This document shows, one piece after another, positions 13,401 through 26,700 of a DNA stretch of 64,000 bases. Within the stretch, counting starts at the first letter, position 1. Each line of letters begins with the position of its first letter. A program made the position numbers and the translations under genes. The notes beneath the pieces are model-generated. The model saw only the letters and a program-made list of their open reading frames with translations, was not told the origin of the DNA and did no database searches. This stretch comes from Tubiluchus corallicola (Eukaryota > Animalia > Priapulida), in assembly GCA_030141605.1 (NCBI GenBank), contig JAQGDQ010000009.1, positions 1,508,606 through 1,572,605 on the forward strand. Direction: 5' to 3'.

Positions 13401-15023
13401 TTAAACAGGTAATGTTTATAGTAGAATTCGTTTTTTGTTTGAATTTAATTTATCGTTGGACACCTAAAACACTTACATTTAAGTCTAAAGAATAAATCGC
13501 ATGTAGTGTTCAAATTATTAATATGTCAGTAGATGCGTACAGGATTCGGTTGCCAATCAAGTGGTGTAGCCACTGATCTTGCAGCTTTTGTACCATATGC
13601 ATTTTGCATGGCAGAGACCTGTTTTCTAGTAATTCTTAGTATGCATATATTCAAGCAATATTGTTGCATCTGGATTTCTTAAGAACACAGTTTATTATCT
13701 TAAATTATCAATGTCTAATTACCTTCTCATTAGCATATGTCGATAAGTTTTTTATAAGAATTCTCTTTCAAAGTCAAATTTGATACTAAAATATTTTTCA
13801 TTTGCCGCAATGATTTTTTTCATTTCCCAGTTTTTTCCAGGACAAGTAATTACAGCTATACATGATTTTGAACTAACACCAACAAGACGACCGAAAGTGT
13901 TAGTGCAAACAGCAGGGCATGTAGCAGGAGCTGCTTATTATTATCAGAGGAAAGATGTGTCAAATGATCCATGGCCTAAAGACAGGGTATATATTCATGA
14001 TCTAGTGATTGCTCAGTAGGCTCATTGTGTTGCACACTGTTGATCAACAACATTGATTAAAAAAACTGTTAATTTTCTGTTTTACCATATCATGCAAAAC
14101 ACTGAATAAATGACTTTCTGAATTTTAAGAAGTTTACACACCAATTCAGATTATTCTAGTTTGAATGCCCTTTGAATGGACTGCTCAGAGATACAGCTTG
14201 AGCCGTCAAGTGTCAAATGTTTTCTATATCTTGGTAGTGTGTAAAAACATAAAAAATGACAGAAATAGTACGTTTTTATTTCTTGCAGATTGTTACCAAT
14301 GACATAAAGTAAACACTGAGATAAACTGTTGTAAGACCAGGTCGGTGTAAAAAATGCAAAAATGGTTTTGGCACATTGGTTACTTCACTCATATTCTTTA
14401 TATTAGTGCAAAAATCAGTTTAATACTGACTCATTAATCAAAGCTGGTATCGTTTATATTTGTATCAGTAGACTTAGCATTGAATTAAAATCAAAATATA
14501 TGCTCATTTATGGCATGTGCTCCAGCTTATGTCAAAAACTGAAAACAAATTGCGAATAACAAACATTTAATAACAATAGCTCGTACCATTCATTACTATA
14601 TGGACCCCGGGAATGACGTAGATTGTACCTGAATAGATTTTGTGTTCAGAAATGTCTTCCAATAGCAGTCTAACTTTATCATTTAATACTCAATTTATTT
14701 TGCATGTTTTTTTATAGAAAATATATGGGGTGAGCATTCATCCGAAATTTGGAGGATGGTTTGCCTTAAGAGGAGTCTTGATCTTTGAAGACATCCGAGC
14801 TTCAGATCTTCAGTCAAAGCCACCACTAGATGTCATCGACACAGATGAGAAAAAAATTGTTTTGTTAGAAAAATTTAATAACAGTTGGCAGGACTGGACG
14901 TACAGAGACCTTGTGGAACCAATTGCAAGATATTCTGCTGATCAGAAAGAGTATTTTGCTACTTTGCCAAAAAACAGAAGTAAGTTATTAAAGTCTTACA
15001 TGGAAAATAATCTTGAATGCTGA
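10406..15023 (+). CDS. MMACHC: Cobalamin-processing protein CblC (cyanocobalamin reductase / alkylcobalamin dealkylase), ~248 aa
   Basis: Exons 10406-10495, 13214-13408, 13831-13986, 14718-15023, all phase 0. Motifs [77 protein letters not shown]. Confidence 0.96.
10652..11845 (-). mobile_element. 5'-truncated LINE (CR1/L2-group reverse transcriptase 3' end) in MMACHC intron 1
   Basis: Minus-strand RT-like segments [46 protein letters not shown], with frameshifts. The 3' end is AATAAA followed by a (TTGA)n-like tail at 10652-10680. Confidence 0.85.
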
Positions 15024-16094
15024 CACACGGGAAAGTACTACTGTAGATAAACTAGAGTTATTCTTCTCTAATTTCGTTAATCAAAGATAAACAACTGCTC
15101 AAAGTGAATTGCAAAAACAGTCATGTATTTTAAAATGTATGTTAACTGAATACAGTTATAAACCTGTTTATGTATAAAGTTGATGTATGAAAGGCAGTTT
15201 CAGAGATTTCAAAAACGCATTTAAAAAGGCTAGTCAAATCTGTTGAAGTTTAATTGTCAATGCAAATCCTTCAAAATATGTAACACAAGGTATATGGAAC
15301 ATGAGTTTGGTTCTGTTAAAATGTAAAAATATATGTGCGACAGTTGATATTTATTACCATAAGAATCTCCAGTGATTTGCTTAATTTTAGAATAAATGAC
15401 ACAACCGCATACATTTCTGTATGAATTAGTGTTGTAATTTAATTCATTTAGTTTTTAAAAAAACTTGACGTTTCAGTTTACTGGCTGTATTATAATATAT
15501 ATATATATTGTTGTACATGCTCTAAAAACAAGAAAATTTAACAGTCTAGTTAAACTAACAATATAGGATTAATTAACTATAGTTATTATTAATTAGATTA
15601 TAATAAACTATTATAACATACATTAGAAATTAAATAACTTTAAAAATAATTTCCAACTCTTCCGTCATAAAACTATCTTATAACAAAGTTTTCGTTCAAA
15701 ATTTCCAAAAAGCACCTTTTGATTTCACAACTAATTCACAAGGATCAGTAAAACTTTCTCTTCAAAAGTGACTTTTTCACAGCATTTTACACGCCAATTT
15801 GGTAAACTAATTAAAAGGGTTTTATAACAAGCAGTCACCATTTCAACAACTGTAACAACATTATGTTTTAATAAAATAATGTTTAGCTTACTTATTGTCT
15901 AAGCATTACATTACATCACATTTGCTTTAAGCACAGCTTAACTGTAAGCAACTAATTGCTGATTAGTGCTTTTGTTTCTCACTGTAAACTGACAGCATTT
16001 CATCAATTTGTAAAAATAGATCTCTTATTTCGTAAAAGCTTTTACATGTTAGTAAACTAAACTCTTAGTTAAGCTCAGGCTAACTTACTAATAT

Positions 16095-19000
16095 TTAATA
16101 TCTAGAACTGTAGTAAACTTTATCCCTATTTGGTGGTTTCTGGGTAAAAATACACACCGTTAAGCAACCTGCAATCAAGAAAAACAATGCAAATGCTGCA
16201 ATAATCACCCATGGTATGAATTCCAAGAAAACATATTGCTTTGCTAGCCATGTTAGTGCATGGTCACCGTCCCATGGTTCACACACTCTGTATGTCTGAA
16301 GTAATTCTATTGGCTGAATTTGGTCATCAAGAATAGTGATGTTGCTTTCTTCGTGGCAGTTGAGGTCAATAAATTCATTCTGCAAAATAAGTCTATATGC
16401 CCATTGGGCTGAGGACGAATTGGCTTCCCACTGAAACACCTGTGAAAAAAACGCAAATAACGTAATTATGACCTTGAAAGTGAAAGCAGGAAAAAATTGC
16501 AAGGTATTATCGTGTGCACAAAACTCATTTATAAGTGGCAGATTGTGTAAATCTTCAAAAGTTCAATGTGCACTAAGTTAATCGTGCAATGAAATGTTAA
16601 CGCTTTTGTAATGACTTTAGGGCTCCACTAAGCAACATTCACCTGCCAACTATTGCATTTAATATGCCACACAGCTTTGTACATGAAAATGGCCAAATAT
16701 AGCGCTTGTGTAATCGTTACACTTGACTCCAGGGCCGGATTAATGCATAAGCAGACTAAGCATGTGCTTATGGCACCAAGATTCTGGCGGCACCAGACTG
16801 GCAAAAAAATTAATTTAGAACTGATAAAATTTCACTAAAGTATGTTAACATAAAATTTAAATTTAAATCAAGTTGATAACAACATTAGCCATTGTGTTAT
16901 TGAAAAGTGTTGCTGAGGGCACCAACACACTCTTAATCTGGTCCTGCTTGAATCAAAGATTTTTTTTACTTTATAAAAACACATTTATTAGATGTGTGCT
17001 CACCTGAAACATGTGGTCATGATGGACACCAAACCCAGCAGCTACTGTCACGTATGCTAGTGCTAGGTAAAAAGCTCTGGCTGCATACCCGGATCTGTTG
17101 AACATGTATGCAACAGCATAGGTCAGCATACGTATCGAGTACAGGTACATGATCATAACAGCTAGGAAATATCCATAGTTCACACCGCTTCGCTGATAGT
17201 TGGATAGCCAATAAGCAGGGGTTGCAAATACAACTGCGGTGAGTATGAACGGAAATAAATCTAGCAGAATCTAGAATGCAAATGCACGTATCAGTAACAT
17301 TCACTCAAACTTAAATACTATTATTAATATAAATATTATTAGCATGTGCCCAATTCAAATACAAAAATTCTCAACTGAAGATTCACGTCATTAAGCAAAT
17401 TAGGCAAATTTGTGAAACACTAAGTGAAGACCATACTTTGCATGGTGATGTAATGAAAGCATCAGTCTAAACACCTAGCTACCAGTGGTGTGTCGCTATG
17501 CAGCAGTGATACATTTTATAAAAGCTTATCATCATGTTAAGCAAAAAACTTGTGATAATTTTATTTTATGTTCACCTATTGAAAAAAATTAACATTAATG
17601 GTCCTACAAATTTTAACAATTTTATCAACTTGAGCACTAACCTTTGCACTATAGTAAGGAACTGTGTGAAATATCTTCAACTTCAGCCCAGCATAAAGAC
17701 CAGGCCTCTCTTCATCAACTGTAATATAAAATTTTGAAATTTTACTAATCATTAGAAAAAAATTGCAACAAAAGGTGTGTAAAGGAAAACCCAAAACTTA
17801 GGTGTTTGTATTTTGGCAGAAGTCATTATTAAGGCTAATAGATTTAGAACTTGAACCAAAAATAGCTTTTGTGTACTGGCATTGAGGTCATATTAATTTC
17901 AATAAGTACTATAAAAATACTGTTACGAACAACAATGTTATGAACTTGGGACTTTCCTTAGCATAGAGAATTCAGGGAAGTAAGAGAGTAGCCTTACTAA
18001 ATAACTGAACAGCAGAATTAGCAACAGGAGTAAGCAGAAATCTTTTTATGGAGTTATATATATGTTTTGCTTTCCCTATTGTTTATGATAGTTCACAATA
18101 CCGTAATGTTTTCTTACCCTGTCCTATAATGCGATACATCTCAGGAATCAATCCAATCGCTATCATAGTGAAGCCAAAACCAAATCTTCCATCTATAGAT
18201 ACTTGTGATATGCTTGGAAATTCATAACCCCACACAAGCAGGTCAATATTGGAATATATTAATCCAATTAGAAGTGACATCAATGCAACTGTCAGAAAGA
18301 TCCACACAGTATGCATAGAAAACACTCTCCTAGACATCAGCCTGAAAAACAAGAAAATTGATACTCCTTACCCCATATGTGTCAGTATGCAATGATCAGT
18401 TCGATATGGCATCCCACAAGGTTCTGCTTTGATCCCTTTTTTGTTCAATACTCACATAATATACAATTTTATAACACATCCGCAATAGATGATTGAATAG
18501 CATAATGTTAGTTGAATCAGATAAGACATTTACTTGTCTTTTGTCTGATCAGGATTAAATGCATACAGTATGAAATTCTGCTAAACGTAATCTGTGTAAT
18601 CATTTGTAACTGCTTACCTAGACTATTTTACTGATTTCAAAATCTTATGGTTTGTGCTTTGTTAATTATTAAATCATATAACACGAATGTGCTTATAGGA
18701 AAAATAGGCGATTTATAACATCATAAACAATCATTGTCATGTCTATATAATACGTACTTGCACAGGGCAAAAAACTGCTTGAAACAGTTGGCCATGAAAT
18801 AATTCGGTGGCAACTTTTGTGGTGGCCCTCGTTGACTGAGTGGTTCGCTCCTTTGTCGATGTATATCAGCCAGCTTCTTTACTCTTTCTAATGATTCCTC
18901 TGTTGTGGTTAGAGACTCGTAATCAATTGTCACCAAATCAACTAAATGCAACAATGGGTGTTCATGAATGATTATTAATAAATTTACAACATACAGCGAC

Positions 19001-22000
19001 ATTATAAAACAATATAATCTTCTTGCAGAAAGTTATTATTCAAATTGCTCAAATTAATAAAACTAGTACAAAATTATAATACCTAAAATAGGTAACACTT
19101 ATCATGTTATACTATTAGATCCTTGGAAAGTGGATCATCAATGTTCTGCAGTATAAAAGAAATTTGAATGTTAATAGATGTAAGATGTTGGAAACCACAT
19201 TATGAGCCAGATGTACATACCATAGTAATCGCATGGATTCGTTAGTGGTGGCAATGGGTACTGAAGCGACGTGAAGTATGGCACCATATTTCTGTTTGTT
19301 CCAAAATAGCAAATTTTACCCTCAGAGATGACCGAAACTGTATAAAAAATACTGTGTAACTGCATATATTAAACGACAAAAACAAAACATTTTCTCTATG
19401 TATTTTATATGAGTGTCGCAATTTATTAATTTCTGCAAAACAATTATAATAACACTTGTTAATTACTCTTGTAAGTTTCCATTACTTTTGTTTCCCTAAT
19501 AGTAGCACATTTGTTATTAGGCTGTTTGCGTGCTTTTATTTACTGTGTTTTATTAGTAGTATTTGTCAGTGTTATCAAGTGACCCATTTGAGTGACTGCA
19601 GAGGTCCGTGTGCAACAGTAGTATTTTCTAAGACAGATTTTAGCCATATCAACACTGTTTATACAAAACTGTCTAGGTAACTGGTTTTGGAATGTGAGTC
19701 TAGTTATTTAAAGTTGCTCATTATACACTGAACACTTTTCATGAAGTTCTTTCAGAATAGATTTTAAGTACGGCAGGCCTATAGGCGTGTCATTTGCTTT
19801 CTTTCAAATGCTTCTAAGAGCAATGTACGAGCTGCCAGTTATCATCTAAAATTATGTGGCACTGATCACGTTAGTTTTAAACATGTTAGCTATTGTATCA
19901 AATAATTTACACACCCGTTGTAAACTTTCGGAACATTTCAATGTTTGGCTGTACTACAGTCATAATGGCAATGCGACCTCTGTCGACGTAATCTCGTATG
20001 TAATCAGTGATGAACATGGACCAGTAAGTGTCCAGTCCGGTTGTTGGTTCATCTAGCAACAGTATGTCTAGAAAACAAAAAAAAGATTAACAAAATACTA
20101 TTTTGACATACTAATGCCGAGATTCAGTAAATATCCCTGTTTCCCATATTAACTCTATCCGGAAAATATCCACAATGGGAAGAAAACAGTCATGTCAAAA
20201 TCACTAATAGATCAAGGGTTTGCTTTTATGAAATAAAGGTATTCGAGATTCGGGTCTGGATTTATGCTTTGCAAACAGGGTTCGGAACATGATTGAATGT
20301 TCAGGATTTGAATAAAGTTTGGGATTGAAGTTCGGGGATCATAATGATGCCAAACAGCCCTATTATGAAACAAGCATTTCTGTACAAGTGTCTGACTTAT
20401 GCACTGTGCAGTTTTACTTAGGTACATTAACAAGTCAATTAACTGCCCAGTATGTGATTATTTAGCTTACCTGTGTTTAGCATAAGCTGACATACTATGC
20501 TGATCAGTTTTTTATGCTCTGGTTGCAGAGTGCTAATCTTTGCATTCTTAAATTCATCTAGCCTAGCACTTTGCATGAAAAAGGTCACCTAAATGAAAAA
20601 ATTATAATTGAAAATGAAACTCTCCACTTAGCATAACCTAAATAGTTTTTGCAACTCTCTGTTTATCACCCATGCTGATAATAGCCACCTTTGTCTGTAT
20701 TTTCCCATGTCGACAGCAATGGGAGTGTGGGTTGGGCATTTGGTCGCATCTTTGCTGTTTGTGTGTCTGTGTCTGCCTAATAAAATCAAAATGGATGAAG
20801 CTATAGGCCTAGTCGCAAAAGTTGACATAGGGATAAGCTTGAGTAAGCTCTAGAAAGCCATTGTTTTTGGGTTCAAAAGTCAAACGTTAAGGTCCCAAAG
20901 TCAAAAAATGTGAAAATTAATTTTCATGCATAGCAATCATCGGCAAATAGGTGATTAGTTGTGTCATTATTTCATATGAGCTTGATTTGTATAGACGGAG
21001 ATTTTAATCTTGCAATTACTAAATAATACTAGGTAATTACCTACTTTATATCTCCTATATTGGAGTAATTTAGCATAAAATACAAACATTGCAAATAGTA
21101 AGTAAGATTAACCTCATTAACTTCCCTTTTTATTATACTGCTTACCGCTTCTGTGCGTTCCTTTGATGAGGAATTCTTGCAGTATTTGAGTTTTGCAAAC
21201 AAGGTGAGGAATTGCTGTACAGTTAAGTATGGGATTAGATAATCGCTTTTCTTGACGTAAGCCACGATGTGGCGCAGTTGCTTCAGTTGCATGATGTTCC
21301 CATTCAGATAAATTTCTCCGTAGTATTTGAGACCAGAGGCTCGATACCCAGCCAGTAAATTGAGTATGGACGTCTTTCCAGATTCTGTAGCATAATTTAC
21401 ACATAATTAAATTGTCACCGATATTTTCTTTATTAATCTGATTCTAAAATAAATAAGGAAATGTTTCTGAGTTTAAAACCAGTCATAAATTATTATGTAC
21501 TTGGGATGCGTTCGGCTTATGTTAGCGTACGGTATTTTAGAATTCGCTCCAAACTGCTGGCGCTCTTCATGACGAAATCACAGGATAGTAGCAGCCACAA
21601 TGGAAGTGCAAAACTCTAAATTGTGTTTCCAGGCTACAGTGTCTTAATGTATGGTGCAGAAAAAAATGTGCCGAAATTTAGACTACAGTAACATAACAGC
21701 AACTGTCTTTCAAAGCTGGAATTTCACAGCATGATACTACATTAACTTCTGACTGTGAAAGTTACAAATGAATAATTTTAGTGGTAAAAATTTAATGTCT
21801 AAACAATGTCAGCTAATAGCTGTAATGAAAGACAGCCGCATTGACGCCTACTCAGTACGCGGCAGCAAAACATTAAAGAAACCAAACAGTTTAAATTACG
21901 GTCCTTACCACAGAAAATAAAGCCCTGATGAAGACTGGTTGCCAAAAATGGGCTTAATCCTCTAGCTTAGGATTACATTGTTTGGAATTTCCTTAATAAG

Positions 22001-23722
22001 AAAGGGTACAACAGCCACATAGAGCCATTTGATGGAAAAGAATTAAAAGCAAAAATGCTGGGACCAAATACCACTTAAAGAAATGAGTGACTAAATACCT
22101 CTTAAAGAAGTGAGAACTGGTGTCAGCTGTTGAAAGAAATACCTTCGTCTAGTTTGTAGTGAAAGTGGTGGTGCAAAGAGCACTTGCAATAAATTTTAAC
22201 AATAGTGACAAAAAATTTTCTAGCACTTTCTGCTTTGACTTTCAAAACTATTGTATCTTTAGATAAATCTAAGGAAATGACCTAAAATTTCTGGTGTTTA
22301 TACATAAACGTCGTAACTACCAATGGGATAAATTTATAAAGCAATTTCATGATTTCTTCTTGCAACATTGCGATCAAAACTTTGGCACACTTTTTGTGTC
22401 ACCTTACATTACATTGCACTACATTTTCGCCAACGTGTCCTGCTGTCCATTTTAATGGCCAGTGATTATTCAGCAATTGCTAGGAAAATTTTTACAAGGA
22501 TTTTTTTGCGGAAAAGTTAACAACTGCAGTTAAAGTACGATTTTGGTGAAAACTGAAAATACTGTTAGTTTGGTTACTTACTTGCACTACCTAGTATGGC
22601 AAGCAGTTCTCCTCCGTGCAGTTCACAAGTTATTCCATCGAGTATTCTGTTTATCCTCTTTTTTTTGCAACAGCAACAGCAAGTTGTTGTATGCAGTTCG
22701 GTAGTAACCTCCCTTAGCTGTAAGTGTGGGTACTGCGTAAGCATGGGTTCTGGTACTTCTCCGATATCAAATGTGTCATAGCGACCATACCTGTCCCAGA
22801 TCCAATCATTCCTTGCATACATACGACCTATCGGCAATGGCATGACGCCTTTGGTGGGAGTTGTTGATCGTATCGCCCATTCGTGACGATAGTCAACATG
22901 GTCTATCCCTCCATCAGGTTTTGAATGCATTGGTTCTGAATTTGATATTAGATTGGCAGTGCTGCGGTAATTTACTTCCGGAGAATCCCTTCGGTTGCTT
23001 CTTTGCCAGGCTTCTTGTCTATATTCATAGCGTTCGTCATTCCGATGTGCACCACCACGCCTTTTCTCTTCATTAAAACCCCCATATGCACTTTGCGTGA
23101 GGCGTTCTCCTGGACTATGCCTACCTTTATATTCTTCTGGTCTGTCTAAGAGATCATCTACGCTTCTGGATCGAGGGCGGGGTGAAGGTTGTGCCCGACG
23201 AGGATCATACGTCTGCGAGTGGGAAGTCATGCGGCTGTGCGATCGGACGTAATCACCACCATAGGTAACGTTTTCGGGATGACTCCGAGCTCTCCTCAAG
23301 TTCGTGTCATCAGGCTTGCCTTGCAGAACGTCCCAAGAATAAAATCTGTCTTTTGTCATTGTAGGTCGGGGAAGTCCAAAATTTATGAGCATATTTGCAT
23401 CTACTACATCATCGGTTGTTACTGCTAGCTTAGAGTCGACTTTCTGGTGATAAATTAAAGTGGATACTGTGCTGGGATCTAACCGAAACTCCCCATATGG
23501 ATATGGCTTTGTTTTCTTGTTTCTCAATGCATAGTCCACGTAACCCGCATTGATATTCTGTCGGTAGATTGACCATTCGTGAAGGTCATCTGATTTGCCA
23601 CGGAATCGACCAGTTGAATATTGACTTTCCACTTCCTTTAGTGGTATTGTAGTTTCATCAACTGAGGTGGACCTTCCAGGTGGCGGAGGGAGGTAACGCT
23701 TATGGCCGTCAATGTGAATCAT
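16095..23722 (-). CDS. ABCG-family half transporter (ABCG5/ABCG8-like, NBD then TMD), ~954 aa, with long N-terminal extension and degenerate NBD motifs
   Basis: Ten phase-consistent minus-strand exons: 23722-22582, 21384-21146, 20588-20471, 20067-19915, 19337-19221, 18941-18758, 18341-18118, 17718-17642, 17270-17004, 16439-16095. Motifs GELLAILGSAKSGKTS (Walker A), LLLDEPTTGLD (Walker B/D-loop), NPCDYYVDL (ABCG NPxDF-like), several hydrophobic TM segments, extracellular QNEF..C..C..GD. Confidence 0.9.
16730..16946. mobile_element. hAT-type MITE (217 bp) in an ABCG intron
   Basis: TIRs CAGGGCCGGATTAA ... TTAATCTGGTCCTG (12/14 match), flanked by an 8-bp TSD: CTTGACTC (16722-16729) and CTTGAATC (16947-16954). 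Confidence 0.8.
22085..22410 (+). repeat. Interspersed repeat, copy 1 (paired with 34888-35230)
   Basis: Colinear shared blocks: GTGACTAAATAC..AAAGAAGTGAGAA, GAGCACTTGC.ATAAAT, TAACAATAGTGACA, AATCTAAGGA.ATGAC, TGCGATCAAAACTTTGGCACA. Confidence 0.8.
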
Positions 23723-26700
23723 GTTTGAATGTCTGAAATGAGTTCAGAAAATTGTTAATGAAATAGCTGTTAAGCACCGGCTGCTGAATACTTGTTTGAC
23801 ACATTAGCTACAAATTAGTCATGCATATTATCCTTATAACATTTTACAATGAGGTGAATTTATAATTGGGATAAGGTCATTACGTAGATTGAACTCTAAT
23901 TTGCCATTATAATTGTAATTATTAATCTCTATTTTAATTAGCTAGCTAACTGCCGACCAATGACTGACAAATTTTTAAACTCCGAGCACTGATTGTATTA
24001 AACCAGTTTTCTTCATGTGATCAAGTGTCTACTCTGGGTATGATTATAATGTTATCAAGATGGAATAACGACGTATATGTGTGACACATACAGCCAGTGT
24101 GACAAAAAACATTACCTTTTTGCGTCGTACCAGTTTAAAGGTAAATACCAATTATGCAACTTGAGCAAAGCAGAATATTCTGCAGTTTTATCATTCAACT
24201 AATTTGAATAGAAGTATAAGGCAAGGTACAAGCCACATTAAAAAGCCTGTCTAAACATGACTAATTATGTAAATCCGTATTCGGCCTATTGAATAATTTT
24301 GTGCAGCTCACATGTATTACACCTTACGATTGCCGTGACACCGAATCGCCTGTCTATCATGCCCTGTTTAACAATAAACGCACGCCCACAACAATGTTAA
24401 TAATTGTTCTATGTGAGGCCAACGAACCGTAATCCTTCAAATGACCACTAGTTACTGTGTGAAAATTACACGTTATAACATAAACATGCTACAGTTAACA
24501 ATTCTATAATGTATCAGGATTTTATTATAATGTTTTTGCGACTTGTTATAATGGGCTGCAGATTGTTGACTGTATTATTTTTGCGGTGCTTCCTCTAGCT
24601 AAGTGATAGCAACTTATAACTGTAAAATTTTGTAATCATGAAAAACGGAAAACTGAAATACTACTAATAGTTTATCCCGTCCTTGCGGTTAAATATTTGC
24701 AACTCCCGGATTTCTGTGAATAAAATTACAAGTTTAATAAAATTATGTTTTAATTAATCTATGTGAACCTGTTACTGTTAGGGATTGATCAGTCGTGCAA
24801 TACATTCGTCAGCACGATCCAGGGAGTTAAAGTCCGACGAAGCCAAGATACCAGTCACGAGCGCTATTAAAATTCATCTTTCGTCTTCATTTTCGACTCA
24901 TGTTATCGCCTTTGTGAATATACAAGTTTTCAGTAAGGGCGTATTTAGTAAAGCCGTACACTCATGAGTCGAAAACGCATCGTATAAATTGTCCCTAAGA
25001 TTATTATCATGGGTTTTGTAATACTAACTAATACAGCTTTTACAGGATTACAGCGCTTTTTAACGCCATTTGCTGTAATTTTGCGATATTAAAGTTATAA
25101 TAAAAATAATGCCATAAACGTTACACGCTCATTCAAGTTCGCTCAACCTGGTAATTTGTATTTGGGATTTCAACGCATTTCCAGTCAATGCATAGTCTGT
25201 TTTATAATGTCACCAGTGCGGTCAGTACAGGCAGCACTCAGTAATGAAGCTAAGATAAGAATAGCTGAAGTTTGGCTTCGTAGTTAAGCAAGTAAGGCCT
25301 CGTTAGTAAATGGATAGATGACCGGTAAAAAACTGCTACTATTTCATATTTAAAAAACTGGTTCATATTTTTAAGAAATGCTGAGCAAGTACAGATTTCA
25401 TCAGTGTAACTTTAACATAAAATCAAAAATCAAAAACGAAGAATGCCCGTATATTTCCACGAAAACGCCCTCAAAGCAAGAAAATACATCGATTGTTCGC
25501 GCTCTGCCCAGCCCCAGCTGAGATTCGTAAGCTTATGTAATGCAAATCGTCTTTTGTAATAGATCTATGTCTATTAGTAACGTTTTGTCGTGAAAACGCA
25601 CCTATTTTTAATCAGTATTACTTTGGCAACACGGTTTTGAAACCGAACTACTAATATTGATGGCGTCCCTGATTATTCGCACGAAAATGAGTGACACACT
25701 TTCCCGACAGTCTGACAGCTTTGTGTACCAAATTTTTTGCACGTGATCGCTTATTGCAGAGCTTTGTTTTCCATCGGGAAATTCTGGCAGTCTAAACATA
25801 CGACACTCACTCATAATGGGACCCCAATAGTCTAAACTGGGATCAAGAACTGTTGGTCGTGTAAAATCGTTTGAAAAATCTCCAGCGCGTGACATGAACA
25901 CGTTCATCTAAAATTCATTCAAGGCTGAATTTATTACCAGTGAAATTAAAATACTTGACTTTCTTTGTTACCTTAGATGTTACTTTTTCACACTCTTTTT
26001 AAGAGCAGGAATGAATGCACCAGCATGCAGTGTCCTAGAGCTTTAAATAATGAAATTGCTATGAATTACTATGGAGGAACTTGAGAGTCTCTTTAATACT
26101 GGTTCTCAATTTAACAAAATTTGACAGAATCAGGTCTTGGTAGAATACCCACCCGACGGTAAACTAACCTCGAGAATAAGATAATTACAGTGACGTTCGT
26201 ACGGAAAATATCAAGACTATTTATACATAATTTCCCGAGATTCAAATTTTGGCTGTAATTTAGAGTTTACACGATCTTTTTCTGTGTAACTTAATAGGAA
26301 TAATAGAAGATGCCTAAAAGGCAGATGACATTTATAAAAGGTAAACTTTGCGCAAAAACACGTAAAATAAAAATACCCGTTGTTGCTTTGCATGCTGGAA
26401 AACTTCTTGAAAATACATTATTTATATGATTTACCAATAAAAAAATCTGCCAGTGTTTAATTTCTCTACGCGGAATTTAGCTGTATGGCCCCAGGTAAAT
26501 GTGAGTAATACATAAATTATGTATCTGAACAGTTTATCATTGGCGCTTTCAAATAACTCATATGACAGCCTACACGAAGGTGAAATGACTCGTAGAAGTT
26601 TTTTGAGGCTCTGCAAGTTAAGGCGTGGCAAAACCGATTTGGGAAACATACGTAGGTTAAACAGGTCAAAAGAAATAACAAACACGATCACCATACTGAT

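Noticed and set aside
21920-21955. CCCTGATGAAGAC, a hammerhead-ribozyme-like core
   Set aside because: No properly placed GAAA and no stem II/III pairing.
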